Shown: positions 13,037-26,126 of the stretch, one piece after another
How the letters are laid out: each line of letters opens with the position of its first letter
Position numbering within the stretch: position 1 is the first letter of the stretch
DNA from: Saccostrea echinata
Taxonomy: Eukaryota
Direction: 5' to 3'
DNA: 64,000 nt
NCBI RefSeq assembly: GCF_033153115.1
Contig: NW_026889798.1
Location: forward strand, 1,302,001-1,366,000
The notes under the pieces: model-generated
Told to the model about the DNA's origin: nothing
Database searches by the model: none
What the model saw: only the letters and a program-made list of their open reading frames with translations
Made by a program: the position numbers and the translations under genes

Positions 13037-14566
13037 TTTTTTTTTTTTTTTTTTTAATTCTTCAATCACACAAATTATAAATAAAAAACAGTCACAGTTA
13101 TATAAAGAAAAAAAATGTGTGAAAGAATTTTATTTTTGGGGGGATTAAGAAAAGATAGAAAAGAAGAGGGGGAAAGATGGAGAGGGAAGAGGGATAAGAA
13201 AGGAGGGGCACTGAACCTTTAAAATATTAATAAAAATTGATTTTTGAGTTCTTACAATTTTTCAACAATTTCCTGCCAGTGTCTTGTAAATTCCTCAAAT
13301 TTACAGTTTTTTAACAGTAAAAACTTTTCAACTCTAATTCTGTCAGTAGTCACATGTTTTAATTCCTCAATGCTTAATTTTATTGGATTTTTGAACTTAC
13401 TTGAAAAAATATACTGTTTGATAGTCATAATAAGGAGATTCTCAAACTTGTATTGTTCTCTGTTTGTAAATTTACCAAACAAGATTGATTTCTTATCGAA
13501 ACAAACTAACCGGTTTAGTTTATTCAAATTCCATTCTTCAATTTCCAACCAAAGTTCTTTAACACAGAAGCAGTCAACAAAAAGATGATCAATAGTTTCA
13601 ATATCAGTATCACAGAAGGAACATAATGGTGAATCAATTAATTTTAATTTGTAAAGATAACTTTTAGTAGGAATTATTCTATGTAAAATTTGAAATTGTA
13701 ACCATTGAAATTTAGATTCTTGAGTTGTTTTAAATGGTAGCTCAAATATTTCTTCCAATGATGCCTCACAAAATTGTTCTCCTTCTTTTCTCCATTTTAT
13801 AACCAGCAGGAATAAGTGGTCTGGAAATTGAAATTGTTTTGTAATCTTTAAAACAGGCTAGTCTCTTTCTTATAGCAGTTCTTAGTCCTGCATATTCAAT
13901 ATAATTTGTTTTCACATTTAAGTTATTTTGAATATGATTAAAACTATAAATATTACCGTTTGGATCAAGGAAATCATTAATAAAAAACAAAGCCAGAATT
14001 AAAATAACTTTTAATAAAAATTGACCGGCCAGCAATGGTGACCTTTGGATTGTACCAAACATGTTCTTGCTGGAGTGTTAAACCTTTCATAGCTTCATTC
14101 TGATATACTTTAGACCAGCTAAAAAATACATCTTTCCAGAATATATTTCTCACGTTATTGCCTAAATTCTTAATATAATCAATTCCAAACAGCCAAAGAT
14201 GATTTATACTTGTTTTTAATTCTGCCTCAAGTAAGCTGACCCATTTGGCTTTTGAATGTATTACCCGTCTTATCCAACTTGCCTTCAATGATGTAATAAA
14301 ATCTTTATAATCTATCATCTTTAGACCACCATATCTGTAGTCTTGAATTATAACATTTTTCTTAATTTTATGATTCTTCTTATTCCAAAGGAAATTATAC
14401 AAGTCTTTTTCAAAAGCATTTATAACTTCTTCACTGGGATTTGGTAAAAGTTAGGATTAGATGGTTTAGTTTAGGAATTAATAATGTTTTTATTACAGTC
14501 AATCTTCCAAGAGGAGTGAGCTTTCTAGCTTTCCATTGTATCATGGTTTTCTTAATCTCTTCTAGA
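13037..14566 (-). mobile_element. 5'-truncated L1/Tx1-clade LINE (ORF2 C-terminus, frameshifted)
   Basis: ORFs 13977-14402, 13766-14062 and 13252-13758 (-): FLWNKK..GGLKMID, WYNP, and zinc knuckle CSFC..ETIDHLFVDC. Poly(A) tail seen as T-run at 13037-13055. Confidence 0.9.
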
Positions 14567-15176
14567 GTGCGTTTTTACCTTGAGCCAAAGTCTTTCCGGC
14601 CAGTTCGAGGTCACTGGGAAAAAAGGTATAATTTTTTTTCCGGGGCATAATTTTGTGATGGAGAATCACCGGAAGCTCATACTCGGTATAGGAATTGCTT
14701 ATTACCCAAAAATGTGTCCTGATCTTGACCCAGTCATTTCCCCAAGTTCAAAGCCACTGGCAGAAAAATATAAAATATTTGTCTGGGCTATAACTCTGTA
14801 ATGGAAAACACTGGAAGCTCATACTTGGGACAAAGATTGCTTATAACCCGCGAATTTGCCAGGACCTTGACCCAAGAAAAACCCAGAAAGTTCAAGGTCT
14901 CTGGTAGAAAAGATATAAAATTCCTGCCTGGGATCTAACTTTGAAATGAAGAATCACTGGAAGCTCAAACTTGACCAGAGATTGCTTATGATTCGGGGTT
15001 TGTCCAAACCTTGACCTAAGGTCATTCCGGCAAGTTCAAGGTTACTGGCAGAAAAGATATAAAATTCTTGTCTAGGCTGTAATTTTGTAATGGAGATCCA
15101 TTGGAAGCTCGTGCTTGCTAATGAGATTGTTTTTTACCCAAGGGTGTGTCATGACCTTGACCCAAGGTCATCCCAG

Positions 15177-18100
15177 CACTACTGGCCTAAAAAAATACTG
15201 ATAGTGCCACTTTTTACTGATAATTTCTGATATTTACAGATATTATACTGTTGGTACTGAGAATTTCTGATATTTACTGATATTTTTACTGTTGTTACTG
15301 ATAATTGCTGTTAGTTCTGATAATTACTGATATTTACTGTCGTTTTTACTGTGGGTTCTGATAATTACTGATATTTGCTGAGAGTTACTGTTGGTACTGA
15401 AAATTGCTGATAATTACTGAGATTAATTTCTATGTTCATGAGATGTAAAATTTAAAAGAGACTGGGGTGGATGGATTAAATAAATTAAACAAATTAATTT
15501 CATATTATAATTTATCCTTTACATCTTTTTTTTAACCCGTAGTCATTTAGAATTTGTAACTTGAGTGACAGCAAAGATTGTATACGTTTTGTCATAAAAA
15601 ATTATTTTCAAACTAATTATATATAGGAAAAAACTTAGATTTCTCTTTCTGTAAGAAGATTCAACCTGTCCCCCCCCCCCCCCCTCAATTTCATCCTGTT
15701 CCTTAGTTCCGAAGAACTTACTTGTATTATTTCAATCGATGACTAGTAGGCCTAAAAAGGACGTAATAAATCAGTTTCTTATTATAAAACCAATTTAAAA
15801 AAAATAATAAATTGGATTCACATTTAATCCATACATATGGTGCGGTGATGTTGGACATGGAGATCGGTCCTTCGGATGGGACTGTATAAACCGCGGTCTT
15901 CTGTTAAAGTAGGTGCTGGCGCAAAAAAGATTCCTCGGTGATCAAATAGTGCAGAGTCACGAGAAAGATCCCTCTCTGTTCATTGTTTATAAGTGCAGAG
16001 TACAGATAGAAAATTGCAGGAGAAAGATTGCTCATAAGTAAAAAATGCCGCCGAGTACATGTCAAAAGTTGAACATGGAAGATCCTGCCACTGATTTATG
16101 GACATATACATGTACATGTAAGTGCAGCGTACATGTCGAAATTCACAGCTTTTAATAGGGAAATAATAGTGTCCCAATATGAGTGAAACGTTATCAAAAG
16201 TACACATGTAAAAAAAAAATTAAAACCGATCATTTTCAATGCCTTATAAAGTACTGTAGTTATTTGTTTCAGAAAATTCTTGATCCGCCCCCCTAAGAAT
16301 TATAAGAGATTGGATCAAAGTTAGTCAAACTCGATACACCACCAACCCGTTCACACGTTGTAATGTTTTGAACATTTTCTAAAGCATTACAGATTTTCAT
16401 AGGAAACATGTAACAAGTAATCTTGTTAAAACACATACCATATATAATGTTTCTCGAATACATTGATCATGATTCCAGTTGTGTCGTCAAAAATATTTTT
16501 AATAAATAGAGATTTTTAATGGATTGTCAGTTAAAACAATCAATGGGAAAATTAAATGTTCGATACTCATTAAACCTCAGCGTATTTATTTCATATCCTT
16601 AGATAAATTAACACAATTCATATATAATTTTGACTGAACATGTCCAAAGACATGTATTGTCCTTAAAATAAATAAAATTACTGATCATGGAGAAGTAGAA
16701 TGCACACGGAAGTATACATGTAGTTGATTTGCAGAGGAAAACAACGGATCTAAAATATTTTTTATACAAAGTTTAGCTATTGTTGGAGTTAATTGAAACA
16801 AGCCAAGGATTATGCAAGGATTTGGCGTCAAATAAAATTTATTTATTAACTTGAAAATGAAATCGTATTTTTACAATGTCATGTAACAGAGAATCAGCAT
16901 GTTTTATATCAGTATGAATTATTTCTAACTTAATTCACAATCTATCCCTCATTAACAGTTACTGTGACTTGTTTTTCTGTTGCACTTAGCTCATCAAATT
17001 TATCAGAATATTAAAATACCAGGTAAGATTTGGTTTACATGAAAAATCCTGTTCAATTTACATGTACCACAAAAATATAATTCATCCCAAATTTTACAAA
17101 TATAATTTTGTCTGATTCCTGTTGAACACCGTAACGGGGTACAAAGACTTTTATGGGTATTGTACACAAACGGAAGTGCTGTGATGTACACTGTACGGTA
17201 GCGAGAAAATAACACAATAGGTGTCCCTGCTGTATAATATATACATGTATGACACGGCGAGTGAGAGAGAAGGGCACTCGGCGGCCAGGACTCACCGGAT
17301 ATCACAGTCAGTTACGCAACAATGAAGTGACAGGTGAATTTAAAAAATGTACATCTCTCTTTGATATACATCTCACTTTCGTTTATTTGCGTAAAAAGAT
17401 CAGAAGGACAACAATTAGTATTTACATGAAAATAAAGAATTTAAATGTATCAAAATATGATGTTACATGTATCAACACGACACTTGTAATCTAGAACGTT
17501 TAAGCTAAAATTATAGGGGGGGGGGGATTACTTTTATTTTTATTTTTCTGGGTAAGCTTGATGAGTAAAACTCATAATTAAGAATGCCTCTTTTCAGAAG
17601 AAATAAATTCATTACATATAGTAAACAGATAGATAACTGAATGAAAAAAAAATTATCCGTGTAAAAGTCTACTTCGGGGAATAGGGGAAATAATTTAAAC
17701 TAAATAAGAGTCCGGGATGTATAAAAAAAATGCAGTGTCAAACTTCTTATTTATGTAATCCTTTTATTTTCCTCGAGGTTGGGTACATGTTATTGTGCAT
17801 TCTACATTTATGAAAAAAGGGGGGGGGGTTATAATAAGCAGATTCTTAACACGAATATTTATTTATTTATTACAGGGTGACGGGAATGCGTTTTTTTTTC
17901 GGTTATAAAATACTTATTAATATAATTTGACATTACATCTGAGAAATGTTAAATTTATTATTTAGATACATTAACTTAAGAACAAGGTATAGACTCAATG
18001 AAGACGTATGTAGTTTAAGAATAATGCCGGGACCAGCACACATCTGTTGCATGTAATTGATTATATTGGAAGGAAATTTTTGAATTCTATTTTGAAAACA

Positions 18101-18500
18101 ATTCACATCAGGCACCGTTGTGATTAATGAAAATAAATACTTATCATTTGAATATATTAATTTTTAAGACTTGCAAGTAGTCGTGAATATCTTCAAAACT
18201 AAAAAAAAAAATAGATCGGGATATTGTCATTTCCTTTAAATTTATTTCTGTAATCATAGTTCTTTCAATTGTAAGCATTAGATATAATAACATCCTCTGT
18301 TCTTTGAATTTAAATTAAAAAAAATTGTTTAACACGCCCGTGGGAAGCGAGAAAGAGCGTCCAAATAATTTTACTGCAATACTTTCATCAGGCTCATTTA
18401 TACAGAAATGTGTGTGTCTTCTATAAACGTCCTATAAACTTTTTTTTTCGTTTTGTATATATTGTTTTTATTATTATTTTTTATTAAGTAATCCTTTATT

Positions 18501-18531
<31 letters not shown>

Positions 18532-19112
18532 GGGGGCTTGTCAAGAAATTCTGATACTGCTTTCAACAGAACTTTTTTGTTATGTGTAACAACTACTGTA
18601 TAGTTAAAAAAAATGAGTACAAGCTTTATAGGATTATTTTTTAATTACATGTATAACTAATATTGAAACAGCTAGAGTTGAAGAAGTCTTTAAAAAGTTT
18701 CATCTACCAGTTATTTTTCTTTTCTCTGAAATCATATTTTAAAATAAGAACGATTATTAACGATTTATAAAGGATTTTCTTTCCCAATTCTTCCTTTCAA
18801 CCAATTCCCCTCCTTTTCTATTTATTGTTAGGCTTGTTTTTACATCTTTTGGGTTCAGAAAAATAATCTCAGTAATTATCAGCAATTCTCAGTACCAATA
18901 GTAACTCTCAGCAAATATCAGTAATTATCAGAACCCACAGTAAAAACGACAGTAAATATCAGTAATTATCAGAACCAACAGCAATTATCAGTAACAACAG
19001 TAAAAATATCAGTAAATATCAGAAATTCTCAGTACCAACAGTATAATATCAGTAAATATAAGAAATTATCAGTAAAAAGTGGCACTATCAGTAATCATTT
19101 AGGCCAGTAGTG
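15177..19112. mobile_element. Non-autonomous CACTA (CMC-EnSpm) element
   Basis: Termini CACTACTGGCCTAAA...TTTAGGCCAGTAGTG; 3-bp TSD CAG (15174-15176 / 19113-19115); ~250-bp inverted arms built of actgata repeats; no transposase ORF. Confidence 0.9.
15859..15960 (+). mobile_element. SINE internal fragment inside the CACTA element
   Basis: cggtccttcggatgggactgtataaaccgcggtc matches the reverse complement of the SINE body at ~33843-33885. Confidence 0.6.
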
Positions 19113-20749
19113 CAGCAAGTTCATGGTCACTCGTTTAAAAAGTGTAAACCCCATAACAGGTCTATAATTTTCTAATGGAGAAACATTGCTTTTCTTTCTT
19201 TTCACTGAAGGATTACTTATGTCCAGAGGATATCTCTTTAAACCAAGGTCTTTTTGGCAAGTTCAAGGTCACATTTACAAAATTCGAGTGACACTTTAAA
19301 AGAATTGCGGCGGGAATTATCATTTTGTGAGCTCGCTCACAGAACCTCTAGTTGATTTTTATTTGTTCTGAAAGTGTTCAGAATAACCAAAAAGATTTAA
19401 ATTGGTCTTGCACTGTCGGAACTATAATTTTTTTCATAAGATTTATTTATCTTTTTGTGCCTGTCGATAGAATAGAATAGAATGCATACAATGCAAAGAA
19501 AACATCAGAGATATTCAGAATAAATCGTTCATCTTGTTTATCAAGCGTTTACCATGTTGTGCTCAGTGTTCTGGAGTAAAATAGGGGATTTTAATAAAAA
19601 TGTCGCTTACTTTAGTATAAGGTGACGACGAAGCACACCGGTCTATATGTTGAGTAAACACGGGTACATACAACAAACAGGTAAATAACAGGTAATAGTG
19701 AATAGTAGGACTGTCAGGACTCGACTGACCTAGGAAGCGTGCCGGCACGGTTGGCTTTGAGGTCAGGGTGAAAGGTCATAGGGAATATATTTACATATGC
19801 AATTTCACTACATTCCTCTCTGTTTTATTTAATAAAGCAAGGGGCAAATGCTGTAATTTACTTAGAGAAATGCAAACCGAAAATATATGATTATAATTTC
19901 GTATGACATGGAAAACGTATGAACTAATCCATGTATCCACATGAACTTGGCTGGAATTACTTCTAGCGCCTTAGTTCTGCGGGATAAACATGTATATGTA
20001 CGTATGTGGCAAGATTGAATATGGTTTGACTTGCGAATCATGATAATCCGCATGTATCGTCCACATTGGATCTATGTATAATGATCATGTTTTAGCCATA
20101 CGCATTCCATATTGTCTGTTATAAATTTAGTGGGTTTTTAACAGTAATAGATTCATATAATCAAAAAGAATCCTATTTTTCTATGTCCTAACATTGACCT
20201 ACTTCCATGAGAATCCTGAAACCGAATGATGTTATGACATATGGTTTAGTCTAGTGAGATTCAGTTGTACCAAGGTTAACATATATATGATGACTTAATC
20301 ACGTATACAGCTGATTTGCCTAATTAAATTGTGCAGGAGTGCAGTCTATGTTAGAACCTTACAACAGATATAAAAGTAATATGTAATATATTGCACTGTT
20401 GTAATGTATACTGATAATAACTTTATATTTAGATTATTATACTTTGATGTGTGTCGTCACCTTAACTTCGATGCATAATATTGTATAACTATATACAAAC
20501 TTAAAGCCTTAACTTAAACTTACAAAAATGTATTATCTTATTACCTAGTCTAAGTACTAAATTAATTGAAGAATGTATATATCCTTTATTTCTAACTAGA
20601 AATAATCTAACTTTGAAATATAACAACTGGAAACATATCTACAAAACACATTATGCATCAGTACCGTCACTTTCTATGATTAGTAAGCCAGGTATGACAT
20701 GGAAAATGTTGTCTTATTCCAGCTATAAACTATACACATAACATTTAAT

Positions 20750-21290
20750 GCAATCCGCACCAATACCGTCACTGAGGGAGATCAGCCAAGTATCTTAACG
20801 GAAAGCATAAGACTATTTACATATAGCAATCTGCACCTATACTGTCACTGAGAGAGATCAGCCAAGTATCTTAACGGAAAGCATAAGATTATTTACATAT
20901 AGCGATCCGCACCAATACTTTCACTGAGAGAGATCAGCCAAGTATCTTAACAGAGAGCATAAGACTATTTACATATAGCAATCCGCACCAATACTGTAAC
21001 TGAGAGAGATCAGCCAAGGATCTTAAAAGAAAGCATAAGACTATTTACATATAGCAATCCGCACCAATACCGTCACTGAGAGAGATCAGCCAAGTATCTT
21101 AAAAGAAAGCATAAGACTATTTACATATAGCAATCTGCACCTATACTGTCACTGAGAGAGATCAATTAAGTATCTTAACGGAAAGCATAACACTATTTAC
21201 ATACAGGAATCTGCACTGATACCGTCACTGAGAATGGTCAGCGGTGTATTTAACGGAAAACATGGATTATATACATAAGGCAATTCGAAT
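20750..21290. repeat. 76-bp minisatellite, ~7 copies, inside the LTR element
   Basis: Units start at 20750, 20826, 20902, 20978, 21054, 21130 and 21206 (gcaatccgcaccaataccgtcactgagagagatcagccaag...). Confidence 0.95.
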
Positions 21291-21548
21291 TGATATATAC
21301 GAAAACTGAGAAATCTCAGCCAGGTATATCAAACGCAAAGCTTAGATTGCATGTTCACACCTGTCCTGGTTTAAGTATCCCTGGCCATCCTTAGGAACTG
21401 TGTCAAAGACATGCAACAGAGTAGATCACTGCAAAATTATGACGTATATATTGCCTGAATATGCTTCACCCAGATTTGACCTAAAAGTACTACTTAAAAC
21501 CTAAGTATTCCTTAATAAAGAGTTTTACTATGTGACTATAATACAGTA

Positions 21549-21714
21549 GAGTAAAACTCGTTTAGTAAGAACACGGATATAGCGAATTCACGGATATTGC
21601 GAATTTTTCTTGGATCCCCAGCTATATAAATTTAACGAATTTCTTATACGGATAAAACGAATTACGAAGTAATTTCACAGGTCCCAGTGACTTCGTTATA
21701 ACAGAGTTTTACTG
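21549..21714. mobile_element. Tc1/pogo-like MITE
   Basis: TIRs agtaaaactc / gagttttactg flanked by TA. Confidence 0.65.
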
Positions 21715-21831
21715 TACATGTAATCAACATTTTATCTGCTTTGCTTAAGCAATAATCATGAATGTTCACTGATTATCTGAAAGTGGACATGATCTAAGAT
21801 ATCTTTTAAATAACAATTGCTAATCTTACAC

Positions 21832-22522
21832 CAGTGGCATAGCTAGCAAAACATTTACTGCATTCAAAAAAAAGGCCAGGGGTCTGGGGCCGCCTTGAGG
21901 CCTCTAGTGGGTCCAGGGCAGGGTCCTGGTTGGGGCCCAGGGGGCAAAGCCCCCTGAAGCTCATGGAATTTAACAGATTTAAATCAGAAAATCACCTTAA
22001 AATATTTTATTTTTACCACCGTTAGTTCAACTACATGTTAACAAAAATTTGCTACTTTTGACATTACTTACAGCTCCACAAAATCCATTTCTTCATATCC
22101 ATTTCTGGTTATCATGGATAAAGACATTGTTAAATAAACCTATATATTTACATTCATGGCAATATTGTTTTAAATTTTAATAAAGAAACAGACAGCTATT
22201 AATGACTATAGGAAAACAAAAGCAACAGCAATAAACAGAAAATTTAATGTTTTGGTGGATGTCATAGAATTATTTCACAAGTAATACAATTTTTTTTTAT
22301 CATATATGCAAATTAAATTCTATATATATCCAACTACACAAAATTGAACATTTTCCATTTGAAATGCTGTTACATTTTACTTATTTTAATTTTTAAAATT
22401 CTAAAACATATTTTATTTTGATCTATTATTGAATTTTTGACATCTTTTAAAAAAAAAAGAATAATTCTTGTTGAAAAATCTGTATTCATTTGCGTTGTTG
22501 CGTAAAGGGCGCTACGCCTCTA
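21832..22522. mobile_element. hAT-like MITE (degenerate)
   Basis: Imperfect TIRs cagtggcatagc / gctacgcctcta with a GC-rich subterminal block; no TSD recognised. Confidence 0.45.
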
Positions 22523-23488
22523 TGTACTGCTTAATTCATCTTACTAAAGTCTCAAGATCTTTATAAAATTAAGATATAAGTATCACTAGATGCTTACTTG
22601 TGAGCTACTAGCACTATCAACATGATAGTTTATACTGTGCATATTTTATGCCACAATGCATAGAGCATCGCTGGGTAGCTCTTTAGTTATAACTTAGATT
22701 AATAACAATTATACTGACAATGACAAATAACTGGATACCCTTAGTTGTAATAATCTAATAGATATTACTTATAATGTGACTGTTAGACAATACTGTGCTA
22801 ATTGTGCAAATAAGTTACTCCAAATCATATCAACTCTAGATTGGTGGTTTCTAAACTTACCAACTATAATACTATAACGATCTTAAAACAATCTACACTT
22901 ATCGTCTATTTCCCCTCCTTTTTATTTTTAAAACAGGAGAAATAGTAATAACTGTGGTTTTTTGTTAATCTAGTAACACCAGTACTAATCTAAGCTTTCT
23001 TTATAACTTATAGCATTATAAAAGCACTAAATCAGGAAAGCAATTATTCTTGTGCAGACAAATTCATTAGTTATCTACCAAACACTAATGACTATTGAAA
23101 GTGCCGTAAAATTAATATTAGAATATACTATATGTAAACTAGTAAACTAAGATAAACTACCAGTGTTATTTACCAATTCTAATTTAAAAGCTAGTAACTT
23201 GAATTAATTAAAGCTGAATGAGGTTAGACTGCGGTAAATACCAATGTTATTAACACTTCAGTCTATTGACTAGGTACAAAATACTAAAAATGATTAGATT
23301 ACTTAATTATTTGATACAAAATCTGTAACTAATATAACACTCAATTTTTCCTTTCCTTTTGTTTTTGAAAATTGAGGGAAACTGTGTATCCTGGAACAGC
23401 CTTTATCTAAATAAAACCAACACTTAGTCAAATTAAATAGAAACACAATAAGTCTAATAGTAATAAACACTGGGTAAAAGCAAATTAT

Positions 23489-24459
23489 CTACATGATTAT
23501 GATCAGCCAAGGCACTGCCCAACATTTGCTCTCTAGTGGCAGCCAAGATGGAATGCCCAGCCCATGGTCTACAAAGTAGAATAAACAAACAAGGTACTCT
23601 CTACTTGTAAAAGGAAAGTTCTTGTTGGCAGCATTCCAAGTAAACCTGGTGGAGCCACCTGTGCTGTCACTTTCAGTGGTGTTATGATACACATCTGTTA
23701 CTGGTACAGACAATACTTTAGAATCAGCATTCAACACTTCTTCACCAATCTCATCTTTACTCTCGAATTTCTCATCATGGATTGGTGGTGTACACATTGA
23801 AGAGGTTCCTGTTTCCTTTTTGTCTGTAACCTTCTCTTTGTAGGAGGGAGTCTGTAAATTGCTGGTTGTCTGAGCATTTACAACAGACTTGTTGTTATAC
23901 TCAGGCAAAGCATCACTCCTAGAAGGCTGTGTATGTAAGGTCAAGTCCGGGAATTGTTGGCATTTGGATGTTGTATCAGTATCTGGAGTTGTTTGGCAAC
24001 GAACAGTTGAGTGCTCACTACTCGGAGGCCATAACTCAACAGTTTGCCTTCTGAGTCATCTCTGTCCTCTGTCTTCTGACTTTGAAATGACATGGGGACT
24101 TGCATGTGACACCATGGTATTCTACTGTATACCAGCAGGTGACATATCACCACTCGGTATTTGTGGAAAACCTGGTGGCGGCATTGGTGGCCCTCCATAA
24201 ATGCATGGTTGAGGGTATGTCTGTTGAAGTACCATGTATCCAGGTGGGAACATTTCAATACGTGGGCCATATGCATATGGTATGCTTGGACATGGCTGTG
24301 GTGGTCCAAGGAATGGCTGTATGTATGGTCCACCATATCCAGGAAATGGTACTGGGTAGTTCCCAGGGACTACCCAAATTGGCCTTGGTTCAATGATGGC
24401 ATGTATGGTCCACCATAGAATCCAAGAGGTACTGTACAAGGTGTTAAAGTTGGGTTCAT
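23489..24459 (-). pseudogene. Disrupted Pro/Gly/Tyr-rich ORF carried by the LTR element
   Basis: ATG near 24459 (MNPTLTP..GFYGGPYMP), frameshift into ORF 24122-24439 (GYGGPYIQPFLGPPQP...), then Ser/Thr/Glu-rich ORF 23489-23944; no gag zinc knuckle or pol motifs seen. Confidence 0.5.
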
Positions 24460-24687
24460 CTTGTTGTTTTCAGTTGTTCAAAATTATGGAAATAATCACG
24501 CTGTTTGACCCTACTGAAAAATTCAGTCAGTGAATGTGTGTATAGTTATTGACGTTACGTTATTTCCACGTTACAGTAAAAGAAACGGTGTGTTCCCATT
24601 TCGCCGGTGAAAATATAACGCACTAAAGTGACTTATAAACAACAAGATCTGTGTAGTCAGAGTGATTTGAATTAAACGTGACTTTAA

Positions 24688-25194
24688 GGTATTCAATGTA
24701 TAATGAAAGGATTTTGAACAATTTTGAATGATTTTAAACAAGTTAAAAATGCAATGCTAGATAACAATAAAAGTGAAATGAACCAAATTCACAAGACTGA
24801 TAACATGTAAGAAGCCGGTCATTTTGCTCCTTAAAAGTTTTTGAAGAGTTATCTGCCCTTGATGAAAAAGAGAAAATTTTTATTTTGTCGAAATATCTGC
24901 GGTAAATGTTTCATTTTATTTCATAGTTAAATAAAGAGAGAGTTTATGCATATTTTCACCAAGAGATTTGATTCAAATTAAAATTACTGTTTACAATATC
25001 TTTAAAAAACATGCGCTACCCATAGACTTCAATGTTAAATTCAAGATGCAATTGATTGGACAATAATCAAAATTTGGCAAATTCCTCTGGTGGAGCATTT
25101 TTATTTAATAACACCTTCATATTGCTACCATAATCAAAAACCATGGACCATTCATTAATTAGGTACAAAATATGGTCGTTATACATTGAATACC
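24688..25194. mobile_element. TTAA-targeting MITE with purine termini (Kolobok-like)
   Basis: TTAA-ggtattcaatgtataa ... ttatacattgaatacc-TTAA, perfect 16-bp TIR. Confidence 0.85.
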
Positions 25195-25493
25195 TTAACA
25201 CAATTTGTCCAAATATACGATATGACTGTAAACTACTTGAACTTTTTTCTTAACTGTTAATTAACTATACTTGCTTAAATAACCGCACTGACTCTTAAAA
25301 CGTTTATGTAAAAGCCCGATGACAGACGACGGTAGAAACGAACAATGACGTTACTAAAAATTATAGATAGGCCAATTAATTAATTGTTTATTCAATTGAT
25401 AATGTTATATGAATTGACTATATTTTTGCAAGTAGATTTACACTATTGTACAGAGCTTAAAATGTGTAAAAACGTTACACTACAAAATCAGTC

Positions 25494-26126
25494 GGTTTGT
25501 TCCCATTTCGCCTTAACTGTAAAATTTGGTATTCCCATTTCGCCTTATTAAGCTCTGAGGTAGATTAAGGCAAAATGGGAATTTACATAAACATCTGATT
25601 AAGTTTAAGTATTGTTTGTGTAGAAGGATTATTATGAATCTTAAATTAAGGTACAGTATTAGTAATATTATGAAACTCTTGTGGAGGTAGAGTTGACTAA
25701 AACATAATAAAGGTTTATTTCAAATATTATTTATTATCATTTTATATTCATTAATTTTTACATAATATGCTTATTAATAGTGATAAAAATCAAGGAGCAC
25801 ATTGTTAAAGAGAACATTAATAGAAATCATTATTTTTATAAATAGTAATTTTTAGATATAAAATATAATATTATTTCATTCACTGTTTGCATAAATTAAT
25901 TCTCATTTTAAGTTGAATCTACTTTTTTTATTTTCAAATGTACAATGACTGAAGAATCATTTTAAATCCCAAATACGGTGTTATTAGCTAATCATTCTAA
26001 AAACACCTCATCAATTTTCAAGACTTGTTTTTACAATAGTATTATTAAGAAATTCCCAGTTCGCCTTAGTACTTTTTAAATTTTTCTTACCTATATGTAA
26101 CAGTTAAGGCGAAATGGGATCACACC
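25494..26126. mobile_element. MITE with GG termini and ~8-bp TSD (Merlin-like, family uncertain)
   Basis: TIRs ggtttgttcccatttcgccttaactgt / acagttaaggcgaaatgggatcacacc; flanks aatcagtc / tatcagtc. Confidence 0.75.

Larger units (their letters stand above)
12868..19351 (+). mobile_element. Helentron-type HINE with ~125-bp internal tandem array, interrupted by LINE and CACTA insertions
   Basis: Repeat units gattgcttatgacc...ccttgacccaagg...agttcaaggtcac resume on both sides of each insertion. 3' hairpin tgtgagc-tc-gctcaca (19326-19341), then ctag|tt. Confidence 0.7.

Noticed and set aside
20750-21290. 76-bp array as a CRISPR-like or tRNA array
   Set aside because: Whole units are repeated with no variable spacers and no tRNA boxes.
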